DNA from: Fimbriimonadales bacterium | GTDB taxonomy: Bacteria; Armatimonadota; Fimbriimonadia; Fimbriimonadales; ATM1 | Assembly (NCBI GenBank): GCA_041744215.1 | Contig: JBGTLG010000005.1 | Span: forward strand, 27,713-91,712 | Length of the DNA stretch: 64,000 nucleotides | Reading direction: 5' to 3' | Shown: positions 28,623 to 39,879 of the stretch, piece after piece | How positions within the stretch are numbered: the first letter of the stretch is position 1 | Layout: each line of letters starts with the position of its first letter | Program-made: the position numbers and the translations under genes | Notes under the pieces: generated by a model | Databases searched by the model: none | Told to the model about the DNA's origin: nothing | What the model saw: only the letters and a program-made list of their open reading frames with translations

Positions 28623-29517
28623 CCCTGTCCTGCAATCATTTTGGATAGCATTCGGCGTCTCCGCCATACTTGCGTGGCCAGCGCTGCTACTCCTTCGTAA
28701 GATCCGCAGTGAATCCACCATCAGTCCGTATGCGCCGGAGAGCCACATGCTCAAGCAAGGGACTCCAAACATGGGCGGGATATTCGTACTCGTTGCAATC
28801 GCAATTGCTCTGGCATTCGCTCACTCTGATGTCAACTTGCTGCCGCTTCTTACCATCATGGTTGGCTTTGGTCTGATCGGGTTTGTAGACGATTTTGTCA
28901 TGCCACGCTACACAGGGAAGCGCGGCCTCGGTTGGATTCCCAAGCTTTCTCTTCAGGTTGTCACCGTTGCAGGCTACAGCGCGTGGTTCGGTTTCTCGAT
29001 GTCCTCACTATGGGCAGCGTTTTTCATTCTGTTCTTCGTGAATGCCGTCAATTTTGCAGATGGCCTGGATGCATTGGCAAGCTCGCTAGTGATCCTCGCA
29101 CTGATTCCGTTTGTAGTGGCTGCGACGCTAACACAGCAGCTATCGAGCGCGATTATCGGTGTCATCATCATAGGGGCGCTGCTACCATTCTTGGTTTTGA
29201 ACTCACCGCCAGCAAAGATGTTTATGGGCGACGTCGGCGCACTCGCAATTGGTGGGCTTTATGGTCATCTGTTTGCTGCTTCTCCTTGGGAAACAAGCTT
29301 GTTTCCATGGATTGTGTCGGTCGTTCTCATTCTCGAACTGGTTATGGTGCCGATGCAGATCGTGGCCGTTAAAACCATCGAGCGGCGCATCTTTCCAGCA
29401 ACACCGATTCACCACGGTTTTGAGAAAAGCGGCTGGCCCGAATCGAAAGTGCTGTGGACGTTCATCGTTGCGCAATGCGTACTCGCATCCGCAGCGCTTA
29501 CGGAGATTCTGAGATGA
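28606..29517 (+). CDS. mraY: Phospho-MurNAc-pentapeptide transferase
   Basis: KQGTPNMGG, GFVDD, NAVNFADGLDAL, MFMGDVG, TPIHHGFE. Confidence 0.93.
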   Translation: MLLSLSPVLQSFWIAFGVSAILAWPALLLLRKIRSESTISPYAPESHMLKQGTPNMGGIFVLVAIAIALAFAHSDVNLLPLLTIMVGFGLIGFVDDFVMPRYTGKRGLGWIPKLSLQVVTVAGYSAWFGFSMSSLWAAFFILFFVNAVNFADGLDALASSLVILALIPFVVAATLTQQLSSAIIGVIIIGALLPFLVLNSPPAKMFMGDVGALAIGGLYGHLFAASPWETSLFPWIVSVVLILELVMVPMQIVAVKTIERRIFPATPIHHGFEKSGWPESKVLWTFIVAQCVLASAALTEILR

Positions 29518-30860
29518 GCGAGTTCTCAGGAAAACGAGCTCTCGTGATAGGATTGGCGCGAGCGGGTTCGGGAATGGCCAAAGCGCTGCGGAACGCTGGC
29601 ACAAAGGTGACCATCGTCGACCAAAAGAGTCCGGATTCACGCTCGCTCTTCAATTCTCTTGACGAACTGAGCGGCGGCGACATAGAAGTCATCACGAGTT
29701 GGACAGGAACGTTGGATGGGTTGGAGATCGACTTTGTCGCGGCTTCGCCCGGGGTTCCGAAAAAGCATCCTGCGCTCCATCAAGCACAGACTCTAGGCAT
29801 CCCGATCTTCAGTGAGGTCGAAGTTGCCTATCGCATTGCGAAAGCTCCGATCATCGCAATCACTGGAACGAATGGCAAGAGTACCGTCACCGCACTAACT
29901 TATCATCTGTTGATCAACGCAGGACAGAAGGCAATACTATGCGGAAACATCGCGGGATCTGGTTTCAGCGAGGCAACGATTACGTCCGCTGCAGAAAGCG
30001 CTGATGACAATACAACTCTCGTGGCCGAGGTGTCCTCCTTCCAGCTGGAATGGGTGGATAGATTTCGTCCACGCGCAGCAACGATTACGAACATCACGCA
30101 AGATCACCTCGATCGCTACGATTCATTTGAAGAGTATGGGAACACCAAGCATCGAATCTACGACAACTCTGGCGTGGGCGACCTCATCGTAGCCAATCAG
30201 GAATTCCCGGAGACGATGCCGAGGGTTTCAACGGGTGCAAAACTCGCGGTTATCGGTCAGGATGCGGTGATCCAAGGGCGAACAGTGAGATTCGCGGACG
30301 TTTCCGTCGACCAAGAGAGTCTTTGGGTGCCCGCTAGGCATAGTTTGACAAACCTTGCTCATGCGGTTTTGCTTTGTGGGCAGTTCGGATTGACTCCTTC
30401 AGACGTCCTTCCTCATGTGCACACGTTTCCAGGACTTGAAAATCGGCTTGAGCTGGTCGGTGAGCGTGACGGCGTGCGAGTTGTGAACAACAGCATGTGC
30501 ACCAACCCGGCGGCAGTTCTGTACTCGCTCGACGGAGTGAGCGGCAGGCCCTTGCTCCTTATGGGCGGCGTTTCAAAAGTCGAGGACCTCAGCGCATTTG
30601 CGGAGGTCGGGCGCAGGGTGGCGCGTGCGTTCTTGTTTGGGCGTGACGCAGAGATGATCCGATCCAAGGTGGCCGAGGGTGGCGCATCCACGACGGTGCA
30701 TAACTCTGTTGATGACGCATTCAATGAGGCTATGAGTTTTGCGAGAAGTGGCGATACCGTTGTGCTCTCTCCGGGATGCGCAAGCTTCGACCAGTTTGAA
30801 GACTTTATCGACCGCGGCAATCACTTTAGGAGGTTAGCAAAGCAATGGATAGAGGGGTAA
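29514..30860 (+). CDS. murD: UDP-MurNAc-L-Ala-D-Glu ligase
   Basis: GLARAG, AITGTNGKSTVT, EVSSFQL, DHLDRY, LSPGCASFDQF. Confidence 0.95.
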   Translation: MSEFSGKRALVIGLARAGSGMAKALRNAGTKVTIVDQKSPDSRSLFNSLDELSGGDIEVITSWTGTLDGLEIDFVAASPGVPKKHPALHQAQTLGIPIFSEVEVAYRIAKAPIIAITGTNGKSTVTALTYHLLINAGQKAILCGNIAGSGFSEATITSAAESADDNTTLVAEVSSFQLEWVDRFRPRAATITNITQDHLDRYDSFEEYGNTKHRIYDNSGVGDLIVANQEFPETMPRVSTGAKLAVIGQDAVIQGRTVRFADVSVDQESLWVPARHSLTNLAHAVLLCGQFGLTPSDVLPHVHTFPGLENRLELVGERDGVRVVNNSMCTNPAAVLYSLDGVSGRPLLLMGGVSKVEDLSAFAEVGRRVARAFLFGRDAEMIRSKVAEGGASTTVHNSVDDAFNEAMSFARSGDTVVLSPGCASFDQFEDFIDRGNHFRRLAKQWIEG

Positions 30861-32077
30861 ACAAGGACGTTCGCCCGATGGATAGGACCTTGACGATTCT
30901 GATTGGCGTGGCTACGCTGCTCGGGTGCATTTTCATTCTCGACGCGGGCTATCCTCAGGCCATCGTGTAGGGCGAGAGTGTAGTGTTCAAAGATTGGATC
31001 AAGCACCTCGGCTTTGTGGTGGGCGCGGTAGTGGTTTACTTCTTGGTTGCGAGATTGCCAGTGGAGACGTTACAAAAACTGGCTAAACCCGCGTTCTATC
31101 TCTGTTTGCTTGGGCTCATTCTCGTTTTTGTGCCGCCGTTCGGGGTTAAGATAAATGACGCGAACCGATGGATTGGATTCTATGGGCAGACGATTCAGCC
31201 AGCAGAGTTCATGAAGGCCGCGATCATCCTCTTCCTTGCCGTTGTACTCAGTCGAACCCCAATGAAGTATGGGGCCAAGTCGAAAGATTTGATTTCAAAC
31301 TTAGACAATCGCGTCGTGCCCCTCCTTGTTCGCGCGTGGCCGTACTTCATCGTATGTATCGTACTGGTGCTAATCGAGCGAGAACCGGATCTCGGGACAG
31401 CACTCATGGTAGGCGCTGCTGGGTTTGGTGTGTTGTTATTCAGCCATGTGCCGCTGAAAAAGCTGATTCTGTGGAGCGGGGTTGCGGTTCTGATTGTCGG
31501 TGTAGTGATAGTGTCTGGTTTTGAAAGGTACAGGTTTGAGCGGCTGATAAACCACGGCGCGCGTTGGGATCCCGTCATCGCTAAAGACATCGGATTTCAG
31601 CCAACTCACTCCGAGTTGGCGATGGCAACCGGGGGCACCACGGGCGTAGGCGTCGGGCAAGGTCGGTCCAAGCACATCATGCCTGCGGCAACCACGGATT
31701 TCATCTACACAACCGCGGTAGAAGAGTTGGGCTATTTGGGTTCAGTCACGATCATCTTGCTGTTGGCTGCGATTTCGTTGCGGTTGATTCTGCAGGCAGG
31801 CACGATCGATGATCCGTTTAGAAGAATGATCGTCGGCGCCGTCGGTTGGTGGCTTGGCGTTCAAAGCGTGTTAAACATGTTGATGGCCGGTGCAGCGCTG
31901 CCTACTGTTGGCATCCCGTTGCCTTTCTTTAGCTATGGAGGGAGTAGCCTTCTGGCTTTGGCGGCAACGTTGGGTATCGCTCAGGCGGCGATTCGAGGCC
32001 GATTTGCCCAGGAGGAAAGGCGTGCAGTTACTCGTCACAGGCGGGGGAACCGGCGGACACGTTTATCCCGCGCTTGA
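30845..32077 (+). CDS. ftsW: SEDS peptidoglycan polymerase FtsW, with an in-frame TAG at 30968-30970
   Basis: NDANRWI, IQPAEFMK, EPDLGT, TDFIY, GIPLPFFSYGGSSL. The first TM helix (MDRTLTILIGVATLLGCIFILDAG) is in frame upstream of the TAG. Confidence 0.9.
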
Positions 32078-33095
32078 GGTGGCCGAGCATGCGCGATCTT
32101 GTGGCGCAACGGTTAGCTACTTAGGAAGTCTTCGCGGCATTGAGGGTGACGAGTGTCGCAAGCGCGATATGCCGTTCGTCGGGTTGAACACAGGGCCACT
32201 CTGGCACCTCCTTACACCGCGGGGTTGGGTCGCACTTGCAGGAACCCTCCGCGCAGTGACCGTCGCGAGAAAACACCTGTTAGCCAACAGACCCGATGTC
32301 GTCCTTTCAACTGGTGGCTACGCGGCAGGTCCAGTACTTTCCGCAGCAAGAACGATCGGCATCCCGTTCGTTATCCATGAGCAAAACACGATCCCAGGGC
32401 GAACGCATCGACTCGCCGCGAGATTCGCGCGGACAGCTTGTGTCGTTTTTGATGAGGCGGCAGGAATGTTCAGCTGCAAAACAGTGCGCACAGGAATGCC
32501 AATACGAAAGGATCTCATTGAAGCGGCCGCCCGTTCGTCGAAGGATTCGCGTATCTCAACTCTCATCTTTGGCGGCTCTCAAGGCGCGGCGGCCATCAAC
32601 GAAGCGGTTCTGACTCTCGTGATGCAACACGGCTCAGAAGGCAGCTGGCTCCACCTCACCGGGCCCAAGCTCTACGAGGAGGTAGCGAAAACTGCGGAGC
32701 GACTTGTGTCCGCCCCGAACTATCGGATCAAGGGATACCTGGACGGCGTAGAGATGGCTGATGCCCTGTCTGAAGCCTCGATTGCTATCTGCAGATCTGG
32801 AGCCGGCACCGTATCCGAACTTGCGCTTTTTGGTGTGCCAGCCGTGTTCATTCCGTTTCCCTATGCTCAGGCTGACCACCAGTTCCATAATGCGAAAGCA
32901 ATCGAGAAGATCGACGGCTCAATCGTAATGCGACAAACCGAAATGACTCCTCAAAATCTTGCTGACGCATGGGCCAGGTGGGCTCACGACCCGGGCAAGA
33001 GGGCCCAGGCTGGCCGACGTCTTCGCGAATGGGCATATCCGGACGCAACGGAACGAGTATGGAAGGTGATTCAGGAGGTTGCGGTTGCGCCTTAA
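32022..33095 (+). CDS. murG: Lipid II GlcNAc transferase
   Basis: TGGGTGGHVYP, HEQN, GGSQGA, CRSGAGTVSE, DHQFHNA. Confidence 0.96.
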   Translation: MQLLVTGGGTGGHVYPALEVAEHARSCGATVSYLGSLRGIEGDECRKRDMPFVGLNTGPLWHLLTPRGWVALAGTLRAVTVARKHLLANRPDVVLSTGGYAAGPVLSAARTIGIPFVIHEQNTIPGRTHRLAARFARTACVVFDEAAGMFSCKTVRTGMPIRKDLIEAAARSSKDSRISTLIFGGSQGAAAINEAVLTLVMQHGSEGSWLHLTGPKLYEEVAKTAERLVSAPNYRIKGYLDGVEMADALSEASIAICRSGAGTVSELALFGVPAVFIPFPYAQADHQFHNAKAIEKIDGSIVMRQTEMTPQNLADAWARWAHDPGKRAQAGRRLREWAYPDATERVWKVIQEVAVAP

Positions 33096-35403
33096 GTCGG
33101 AGATCGAAAGTTGGTTCGGAGCAAACCAACGTCTGCCTGAATCCGGGCGCATCCACTTTATCGGAATCGGCGGCAGCGGCATGAGCGCGATTGTTCGCAT
33201 CCTCCTGCATCAAGGCCGAGAAGTGAGCGGCTCGGATCGAGAGCTTTCCCCTACCCTCGCAGATCTCCGAGAACGCGGAGCAGTCGTTTACGTAGGTCAT
33301 CGGGCTGAGAACATCGACGGTGCCAGCGCAGTCATTGTTAGCGATGCAGTAGACCTTGACCTCAACCCAGAAACACGCGAAGCCCGCGCTCGAGGCATTA
33401 CGTTGCTTCGTCGCTCGCAGGCGCTTGGAGAAATCGTAAACAAACGCAAGCCGATTGCGATCACCGGAACACACGGAAAGAGCACGACGACCGCGTTGCT
33501 AACGGCAATTCTAGTTTCAGAGGGGATGGATCCGTTCGCGGTCGCTGGCCCTGCGGTAGCTACTTGGGACGGGAATGTGAGATTGGGTCAAGGAGACTTT
33601 GCGGTTGTTGAGGCATGCGAGGCGTTTGACGGATTTCACGACATTGATCCGCAGTTGGTGATCCTCACCAACGTCGAGGCGGATCATCTCGAGTTTCATG
33701 GCTCAATCGAGGATCTGCTCGACAGCATCACTCGGTTTTGCCAAAGGGCCCAGATGAATCCCGGATTGATATACTGTGCCGAAGATCGCGGGGCTCTCGA
33801 GGTGGCACGCAGGATTGGCAGCGGTGTCCCGTATGGATTTGGTTTACCTCCTTTCAACGCAGCTTACGCCGAGGGTGAGTTGCATACGGAGTTCGGCAGT
33901 GTTCGGCTAAAGGTGCCGGGGCGGCACATGGCTTTGAATGCAATTGGGGCCGCCACTGCAGCGATTCAGTTGGGGATCACTCCCGAGGCAGCGATTCACT
34001 CCCTCGGGAGTGCTGCAGGATGCCAGCAGCGCCTGGAGGTACTTGGTGAAGAGCGCGGAGTCTTAGTAATCAACGACTACGCGCACCATCCGACCGCGAT
34101 CAAAGCTTCCTTTCAAGCTCTCCGCGAGACATACCCGGGACGTCGGCTCGTAGCTGTGCACCAGCCGCACACCTACACACGCACACGAGATATGCGCGCC
34201 GAGTTCGTTGATGTGTTGGCGACTGCAGATGTGGTAGTGCTTACAGACATCTGCCCAGCGCGCGAGCGGCCGATTCCGGGTATCTCGACTGCGCTCTACG
34301 TCGAAGATCTGGAAGCTCTTGGGAAGGAAGTTCACTATGTTCCTTCGCGGCATCTCGCGCCGCGCGAAGTCCCAAAGATTGTTCGGTCGGGAGACGTCGT
34401 TACCGCATTTGGAGCGGGAAACATTTCATCGTTTGCACCGGACTTCTTAAAGGAATTGCGACGTGAACGCGAGCCGTTGCGAGTCGCAGTTCTTTTTGGA
34501 GGAGAATCGACCGAGCGAGAAATCTCGCTCCTTAGCGGACTGATGGTCTCTGAAGCGCTCGAGAGGCGGGGATACCAAGTGACCGTTCACGATCCCAACG
34601 AGGTGTTGTTGTACTGGTCCGATTTGCACCCGCTCGTCGGTTATTCTCGGCCAGACATCGTGTTCCCGGTCCTCCACGGTCCGCGTGACGAGGACGGTTC
34701 TGTACAGGCTCTCCTGGATCTCTTACACCTTCCGTACGTTGGTTCCGGAGTCGTGGCCAGCGCGCTTTGCATGGATAAAGAGCGTACGAAGCAGTTTTTG
34801 TCAGCTCGAGGCATTCGGGTGCCCCAAGGGATCTTGCTCCGACGCGGAGACCCCCTCGGCTCGCCGCAGGTGCCGGCTGTCGTAAAGCCAAATGCGCAGG
34901 GATCTACGATTGGGTTGAGCTTTGTCGAGAATCCTGCCGACCTCGCAAACGCGATTGAAAAAGCGCTCAGATACGACGACGCGGTTCTTGTCGAGGAGTG
35001 GCTGCAGGGTGTCGAGATTAGCGTCCCTATCGTAGGTGATCAAGCACTCCCGGCCGTTGAAATTGTGCCAATGGACGGTGCTTACGATTTCGCCGCCAAG
35101 TACACCCCAGGGGCAACCCAAGAATTGGTGCCCGCTCGAATCACTTCTGCATTGGAAGAATCGGCAAGAGCAACCGCGTTGGCGGTACATGAGATGCTTG
35201 AACTGGAGGATTACAGCCGATCAGACATGATCGTGCGAGGTGATGAAATCATCGTCCTCGAAGTTAACACTATTCCGGGGCTCACGCCGACTTCACTCTT
35301 GCCACGCAGCGCGGAAAGTGTTGGCATGTCCTTCGACTCGTTATGCGAGCAGATTCTGCAGATTGCGTTGGATCGCCATGGCATCAACAAAGCGAAGTCG
35401 TAA
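33085..35403 (+). CDS. murC-ddl: Bifunctional MurC - D-Ala-D-Ala ligase fusion
   Basis: N-terminal MurC (IHFIGIGGSGMS, GTHGKSTTT, NDYAHHPT) is continuous with Ddl (GGESTEREISL, LHGPRDEDG, YDFAAKY, LEVNTIPG). Confidence 0.93.
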   Translation: MRLKSEIESWFGANQRLPESGRIHFIGIGGSGMSAIVRILLHQGREVSGSDRELSPTLADLRERGAVVYVGHRAENIDGASAVIVSDAVDLDLNPETREARARGITLLRRSQALGEIVNKRKPIAITGTHGKSTTTALLTAILVSEGMDPFAVAGPAVATWDGNVRLGQGDFAVVEACEAFDGFHDIDPQLVILTNVEADHLEFHGSIEDLLDSITRFCQRAQMNPGLIYCAEDRGALEVARRIGSGVPYGFGLPPFNAAYAEGELHTEFGSVRLKVPGRHMALNAIGAATAAIQLGITPEAAIHSLGSAAGCQQRLEVLGEERGVLVINDYAHHPTAIKASFQALRETYPGRRLVAVHQPHTYTRTRDMRAEFVDVLATADVVVLTDICPARERPIPGISTALYVEDLEALGKEVHYVPSRHLAPREVPKIVRSGDVVTAFGAGNISSFAPDFLKELRREREPLRVAVLFGGESTEREISLLSGLMVSEALERRGYQVTVHDPNEVLLYWSDLHPLVGYSRPDIVFPVLHGPRDEDGSVQALLDLLHLPYVGSGVVASALCMDKERTKQFLSARGIRVPQGILLRRGDPLGSPQVPAVVKPNAQGSTIGLSFVENPADLANAIEKALRYDDAVLVEEWLQGVEISVPIVGDQALPAVEIVPMDGAYDFAAKYTPGATQELVPARITSALEESARATALAVHEMLELEDYSRSDMIVRGDEIIVLEVNTIPGLTPTSLLPRSAESVGMSFDSLCEQILQIALDRHGINKAKS

Positions 35404-36124
35404 AAGGCAGCGCAAGCCATTAGGGAGAAGATTCTGGTTGGTGTTTTGGTTGCTCGCACTAACTTCTGTCGTCGTGATCGGACTTACTCAAAGTTCTTTG
35501 ACGCAAATCGCTTATGTACGCGTGACTGCGCCAGAATCAGACGACTGGGATAGGTTGCGCGGAATACTGTCGTCTTTAAACGAGAAGCCGGTGCTGACGA
35601 TCTCTTCCTACAACGTCGAACGCCTCGTGGAATCAAACCCCCGGGTAGCCCACTCAACGTTCTCCGCGAATCTCTTCGGACGGGCCCGCCTCGCCGTTGC
35701 GTACAGAACGCCGCTCGCCCTGGTCGACTCGGATCCCGGTTGGGGCGTCGACGAAACCGGATTCATCTTTCCGGTTGCGGGGCGCCAGGCTGCCGTGGTC
35801 CGGCTTCGCATAAATGTGCATGATTTGACTCCAAACCTCACCCTAGCCGACTCAAGCGGGCTCCACGAACTTCTTCAGGTCGTCAAGAAACTCCAAGTTG
35901 AACTGAAAAAACTTGGAGGTATTGTTGCCTTCGATTCGAATGGTCGGCTATGCTTTAACGTTGTGGATGGATTCGAAGTTGTGTTTGGTAGCCCGGATCG
36001 CCTCGAGGAAAAGATGGCCGTGCTCGGGACTGTCTTGGCTGCAGATCCCGAACTTGCAAAGAGTGATGCCATTGTGAACTTGGTGGAACCGAGTGCCCCG
36101 ATGATTAAAAGGTTAGGCGAATGA
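35378..36124 (+). CDS. ftsQ: Cell division protein FtsQ/DivIB
   Basis: Basic N-terminus, single TM, POTRA-like region; follows ddl. Confidence 0.75.
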   Translation: MASTKRSRKRQRKPLGRRFWLVFWLLALTSVVVIGLTQSSLTQIAYVRVTAPESDDWDRLRGILSSLNEKPVLTISSYNVERLVESNPRVAHSTFSANLFGRARLAVAYRTPLALVDSDPGWGVDETGFIFPVAGRQAAVVRLRINVHDLTPNLTLADSSGLHELLQVVKKLQVELKKLGGIVAFDSNGRLCFNVVDGFEVVFGSPDRLEEKMAVLGTVLAADPELAKSDAIVNLVEPSAPMIKRLGE

Positions 36125-36864
36125 TCGATCGATCTCCTGTTAAAACGCCCGCATGGATTGTGCCGGTGACGATGGTTGCCCTTCTTTGTGGATTCCTTAT
36201 TGTCTTTGCAGCGCAATCAAAAGGTCAAAGTATGGGTGCGCGCACCTCGGACGGCTTCTATGGATCGAGAGAAGCATCACCAAGCATCGCGCAATCACTT
36301 GATGAAAAAGATTCTGAGATTGCAAAGCTGCGCGACGACATCACGAAGATGCAGAACGCGCTGGCCGATCAGTCGCGTCAGTCGAAGGTGCTGAATGACA
36401 GTCTTCAGGAGGCGAAGCTCCTCGCTGGACTGACAAAAGCTGAGGGGCCCGGCATCGAGATCATACTGCGCGACTCAGATCGCCGGACGGACGACCCATT
36501 CATTCGAGAACAGCTTGTGATTCATGATGTCGACGTGCTGCGAACCGTTAACGAATTGTGGGCAAGCGGTGCCGAAGCAATCAGCATTAACAAGAGGCGC
36601 ATTTCGTTGGCTACATCATTTCGGTGCGAGGGTCCAGTGATCTACATTGGCAGAACTCCCATCGCATCACCCGTCGTTATTCGAGCGATCGGGGACCCCG
36701 ACACATTGCACGGTGCAGTGACGATGCAGGGTCGGTATCTGGATGAGATTCGCGGAAATGACGCTTCAATGGTCGAGGTCCGAAAGATGGAGAGGATGTT
36801 GCTACCGGCGTACAGTGGCTCGACAGAGTTCAGCTACGCTAAGGTCAGCGACGCTAGCGAATGA
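36121..36864 (+). CDS. DUF881 (YlxW/YlxX) family protein
   Basis: AGLTKAEGPGI, VIHDVDVLRTVNELWASGAEAISIN, IRAIGDP. Confidence 0.88.
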   Translation: MIDRSPVKTPAWIVPVTMVALLCGFLIVFAAQSKGQSMGARTSDGFYGSREASPSIAQSLDEKDSEIAKLRDDITKMQNALADQSRQSKVLNDSLQEAKLLAGLTKAEGPGIEIILRDSDRRTDDPFIREQLVIHDVDVLRTVNELWASGAEAISINKRRISLATSFRCEGPVIYIGRTPIASPVVIRAIGDPDTLHGAVTMQGRYLDEIRGNDASMVEVRKMERMLLPAYSGSTEFSYAKVSDASE

Positions 36865-37238
36865 TTCTAATCCCCCTCCTAGCGCTCGTAATCGGCGGCC
36901 TAATCGCATTCTTCGCGAGTGGGTCTGGAGCGGTCGTTCCCAGAGAGTTTGTGGGGGTTGCTGCGCTTGCCGGGATCGACACCGTCTTCGGTGGCATGCG
37001 GGCCGCTTTGGAGGGTAGGTTCCGAAACGATCTGTTCGTGACGGGCTTTTTCCTCAACATCGTGCTCGCCGTCGCATTGGTCGCGCTTGGCTTTGCGATA
37101 GGCGTGGGTGAGCTTTATCTGGCTGCTGTAATCACCTTTGGTAGCCGCCTGTTTCTAAACCTCTCGCTGATTCGAAGGCATTACATTACACGTCTTGCTG
37201 ACGCGAAGGAGCGAAAACGTATGGAGGCGAATAGCTAG
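36861..37238 (+). CDS. sbp: Small basic protein (DUF1290/Sbp)
   Basis: LAGIDTVFGGMRA..EGRF...FVTGFF.N, LYLAAVITFGSRLFLNLSLIRR. Confidence 0.85.
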   Translation: MILIPLLALVIGGLIAFFASGSGAVVPREFVGVAALAGIDTVFGGMRAALEGRFRNDLFVTGFFLNIVLAVALVALGFAIGVGELYLAAVITFGSRLFLNLSLIRRHYITRLADAKERKRMEANS

Positions 37239-38483
37239 ATGGATTCAATCGCGACGGTTGATATCGGCAGCACAAAAACGATAACAGTCATTGCTGATTT
37301 AGATGAGCGAATGGTCGCTCGAGTTGTTGCAGTTGGATCAGCTCCCTGCAGCGGACTCAAAGGTGGATCGGTAGTCGATCTTGAAGATACGGCGCAATCG
37401 GTAGTTCAATCGGTTCGGCGCGCAGAACAAATGGCTAATCGAAAGATTGCCGAGGTGATGATCAGCGTCACTGGAGAGCATATCTCGGGAGCAAACACCA
37501 AAGGACTCGTCCCCATCGTGCCGCCAGGTCGACAGATCACTCGCGAGGATGTGAATCGCGTCATCGAGCATAGCAAACAGATACCAATCGCAGATGACAG
37601 AGGACTGATTCACGCGATCCCGCGCGTGTTTACAGTCGATGGACAAGATGGTGTAATGCGGCCCTTCGGCATGAGTGGGGAACGATTGGAAGTCAGCACT
37701 TTTCTCGTCAGTGGCCAGTTGAATCACATTGAGAATCTAGAGCGATGTGTGAATCGAGCGCAAATCGAAGTCGAAGGGGTCGTACACTCCCCTATTGCCA
37801 GCGGGCTCGCAGTCCTCAACAAGAATGAGATGGATGCCGGCACTGTCGTCCTCGACATAGGTGGAGGAACAACAGACATCGCGGTGTTTGTTGGTGGAAG
37901 CATCGCCTATACTCATGTCCTCAAAGTCGGGGCGATGCACGTTACGTCTGATCTGAGCAAGTTGCTTCGCACGACACTCGAAGAGGCCGAGCGAATCAAG
38001 CGGGAGCATGGGACGTGCGATCCAGAGGCAGTCTCTCGCGAAGCCAGCGTGCCGATACTTAGAATTGGCGAGGAAAAGCCGATGCACTGCAAACTGTGCG
38101 TCATTGCAGAAATCGTAGAAGCGAGAATGCGGGAAACACTGACGATGGCGCAGCAGGCTGTCGAGTCAAGCGGATTCATAGGTCAAATCGCTGGCGGATA
38201 CGTCTTTACTGGTGGTGGTGCAAACCTAACGGGACTGACAAGCCTCGCGAATCGTGTGCTTGGTGATGTTCCGGTTCGAGCTGCCGCTCCAGCCCGTCTT
38301 GGTGGATTAAGCGACATGATCGCGGGCCCGGAGCATGCAACCGTGGTTGGGCTCGTCAAGTACAGCCAACGAATGCGAGAAGAAGAGACCGTCACCGCGG
38401 AAGCGGGAAAAGTGCGCAAGTGGTGGGACAAGATCACCGACAAGATCGGTGTCGGACAAACACAAAAGACTCAAGAAAGGTAA
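37239..38483 (+). CDS. ftsA: Cell division protein FtsA
   Basis: [30 protein letters not shown]. Confidence 0.95.
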   Translation: MDSIATVDIGSTKTITVIADLDERMVARVVAVGSAPCSGLKGGSVVDLEDTAQSVVQSVRRAEQMANRKIAEVMISVTGEHISGANTKGLVPIVPPGRQITREDVNRVIEHSKQIPIADDRGLIHAIPRVFTVDGQDGVMRPFGMSGERLEVSTFLVSGQLNHIENLERCVNRAQIEVEGVVHSPIASGLAVLNKNEMDAGTVVLDIGGGTTDIAVFVGGSIAYTHVLKVGAMHVTSDLSKLLRTTLEEAERIKREHGTCDPEAVSREASVPILRIGEEKPMHCKLCVIAEIVEARMRETLTMAQQAVESSGFIGQIAGGYVFTGGGANLTGLTSLANRVLGDVPVRAAAPARLGGLSDMIAGPEHATVVGLVKYSQRMREEETVTAEAGKVRKWWDKITDKIGVGQTQKTQER

Positions 38484-38499
38484 ACAGGAGAGACATGCA

Positions 38500-39879
38500 A
38501 TGAAGGTCAATAACAGCGGCAAACCGCCACAGGCGGTGATCAAAGTGATCGGCGTAGGTGGTGGCGGTTCTAACGCCGTCAACCGCATGATTGAGGCAGG
38601 AATTCTTGGCGTCGAATTCGTCGCCATGAATACCGACGTCCAAGTTCTCGATCTTGCGAAGGCGACCAACAAGATGCAACTTGGGATGAACCTGACGCGC
38701 GGATTGGGCGCAGGGGGAGATCCTGAGACCGGGAAGAACGCTGCCGAAGAAAGCAGAAATCAGATTCGCGAGTTGCTCGACGGCGCCGATATGGTGTTCA
38801 TCACGGCCGGGATGGGTGGCGGGACGGGTACAGGCGCGGCCCCAGTCGTTGCCGAGTTAGCCCGAGAGGTCGGTGCCTTGACTATCGCAGTCGTAACCAA
38901 ACCGTTCACCTGGGAAGGCGCAAAGCGCCGGCGACTCGCCGAAGAGGGAATGGGTACCTTGGGAGAGATCGTCGATACGATCATCTGTATTCCCAATGAT
39001 CGACTCCTGCCAGTCGTCGACCGTAGAACAACGTTGGTAGAGTCCTTTAGAGTTGCCGACGACGTGCTTCGCCAGGGTGTACAGGCAATTTCTGACATCA
39101 TCACTGTTCCCGGAACAATAAACGTTGACTTCGCAGACGTGCGCGCGATCATGAGTAGCTCGGGTCCCGCGTTGATGGGAATCGGATATGGAGCGGGTGA
39201 GCATCGCGCGCAGCAAGCTGCGCAAAGCGCGGTCAGCAACCCGCTGCTCGAAACGACGATCGAAGGCGCAACAAGACTACTCGTCAACATCACCGCATCT
39301 GACGACATCACATTGTCCGAAGCGAATGAAGCAATGACGTTTATTCAGAGTTTGACCGCGAGCGAAGATGCGAACATAATCTTCGGAACAGTGATCGACG
39401 GAAATCTCACAAGCGAAGTCCGGATCACAGTTCTCGCTTCCGGATTCGACCAGAGTTCTCAGGCTGGGCGGCGTGCCGCGCAAGCTGTCCTCGGCAGCAA
39501 CAGGCCGGAGCCCGTTACCGGAGTGCCAGTACAGCCAACGCGACCAGCCCAGCAACGGCAAACGTATGGCCAGCCGGCGCAACAACCCCAGAACCCACAG
39601 CAATCGCAGCCGACGATCCCAAACAAGCCTGTGTACCCCGATCCGAATCGGGCGAAGGCTGCCGTAGACCCCGGTGTCTCGCCAATCCCGCCTCCGCCAG
39701 CAACGGACAAGGACACGACTTTGCCTCCTGGAGCCGGATCTGCCACGGGTGTCCCGCGCCCAGCTGAGACGACGAAGGAGACAGGGTCACCCCCTCCTGG
39801 TCTCGGGGCCGTCGACGACGATGAACTCGACATTCCGACGTTCATCAGGGAGTACCGGCGAAATCAGGGCGAAGGCTAA
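38500..39879 (+). CDS. ftsZ: Cell division protein FtsZ with a long Pro/Gln-rich linker
   Basis: [28 protein letters not shown]-terminal LDIPTFIR. Confidence 0.98.
   Translation: MKVNNSGKPPQAVIKVIGVGGGGSNAVNRMIEAGILGVEFVAMNTDVQVLDLAKATNKMQLGMNLTRGLGAGGDPETGKNAAEESRNQIRELLDGADMVFITAGMGGGTGTGAAPVVAELAREVGALTIAVVTKPFTWEGAKRRRLAEEGMGTLGEIVDTIICIPNDRLLPVVDRRTTLVESFRVADDVLRQGVQAISDIITVPGTINVDFADVRAIMSSSGPALMGIGYGAGEHRAQQAAQSAVSNPLLETTIEGATRLLVNITASDDITLSEANEAMTFIQSLTASEDANIIFGTVIDGNLTSEVRITVLASGFDQSSQAGRRAAQAVLGSNRPEPVTGVPVQPTRPAQQRQTYGQPAQQPQNPQQSQPTIPNKPVYPDPNRAKAAVDPGVSPIPPPPATDKDTTLPPGAGSATGVPRPAETTKETGSPPPGLGAVDDDELDIPTFIREYRRNQGEG

Noticed and set aside
39440-39830. Pro/Gln-rich FtsZ tail as a repeat or insertion
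   Set aside because: It is the ordinary variable disordered linker preceding the conserved LDIPTF peptide.
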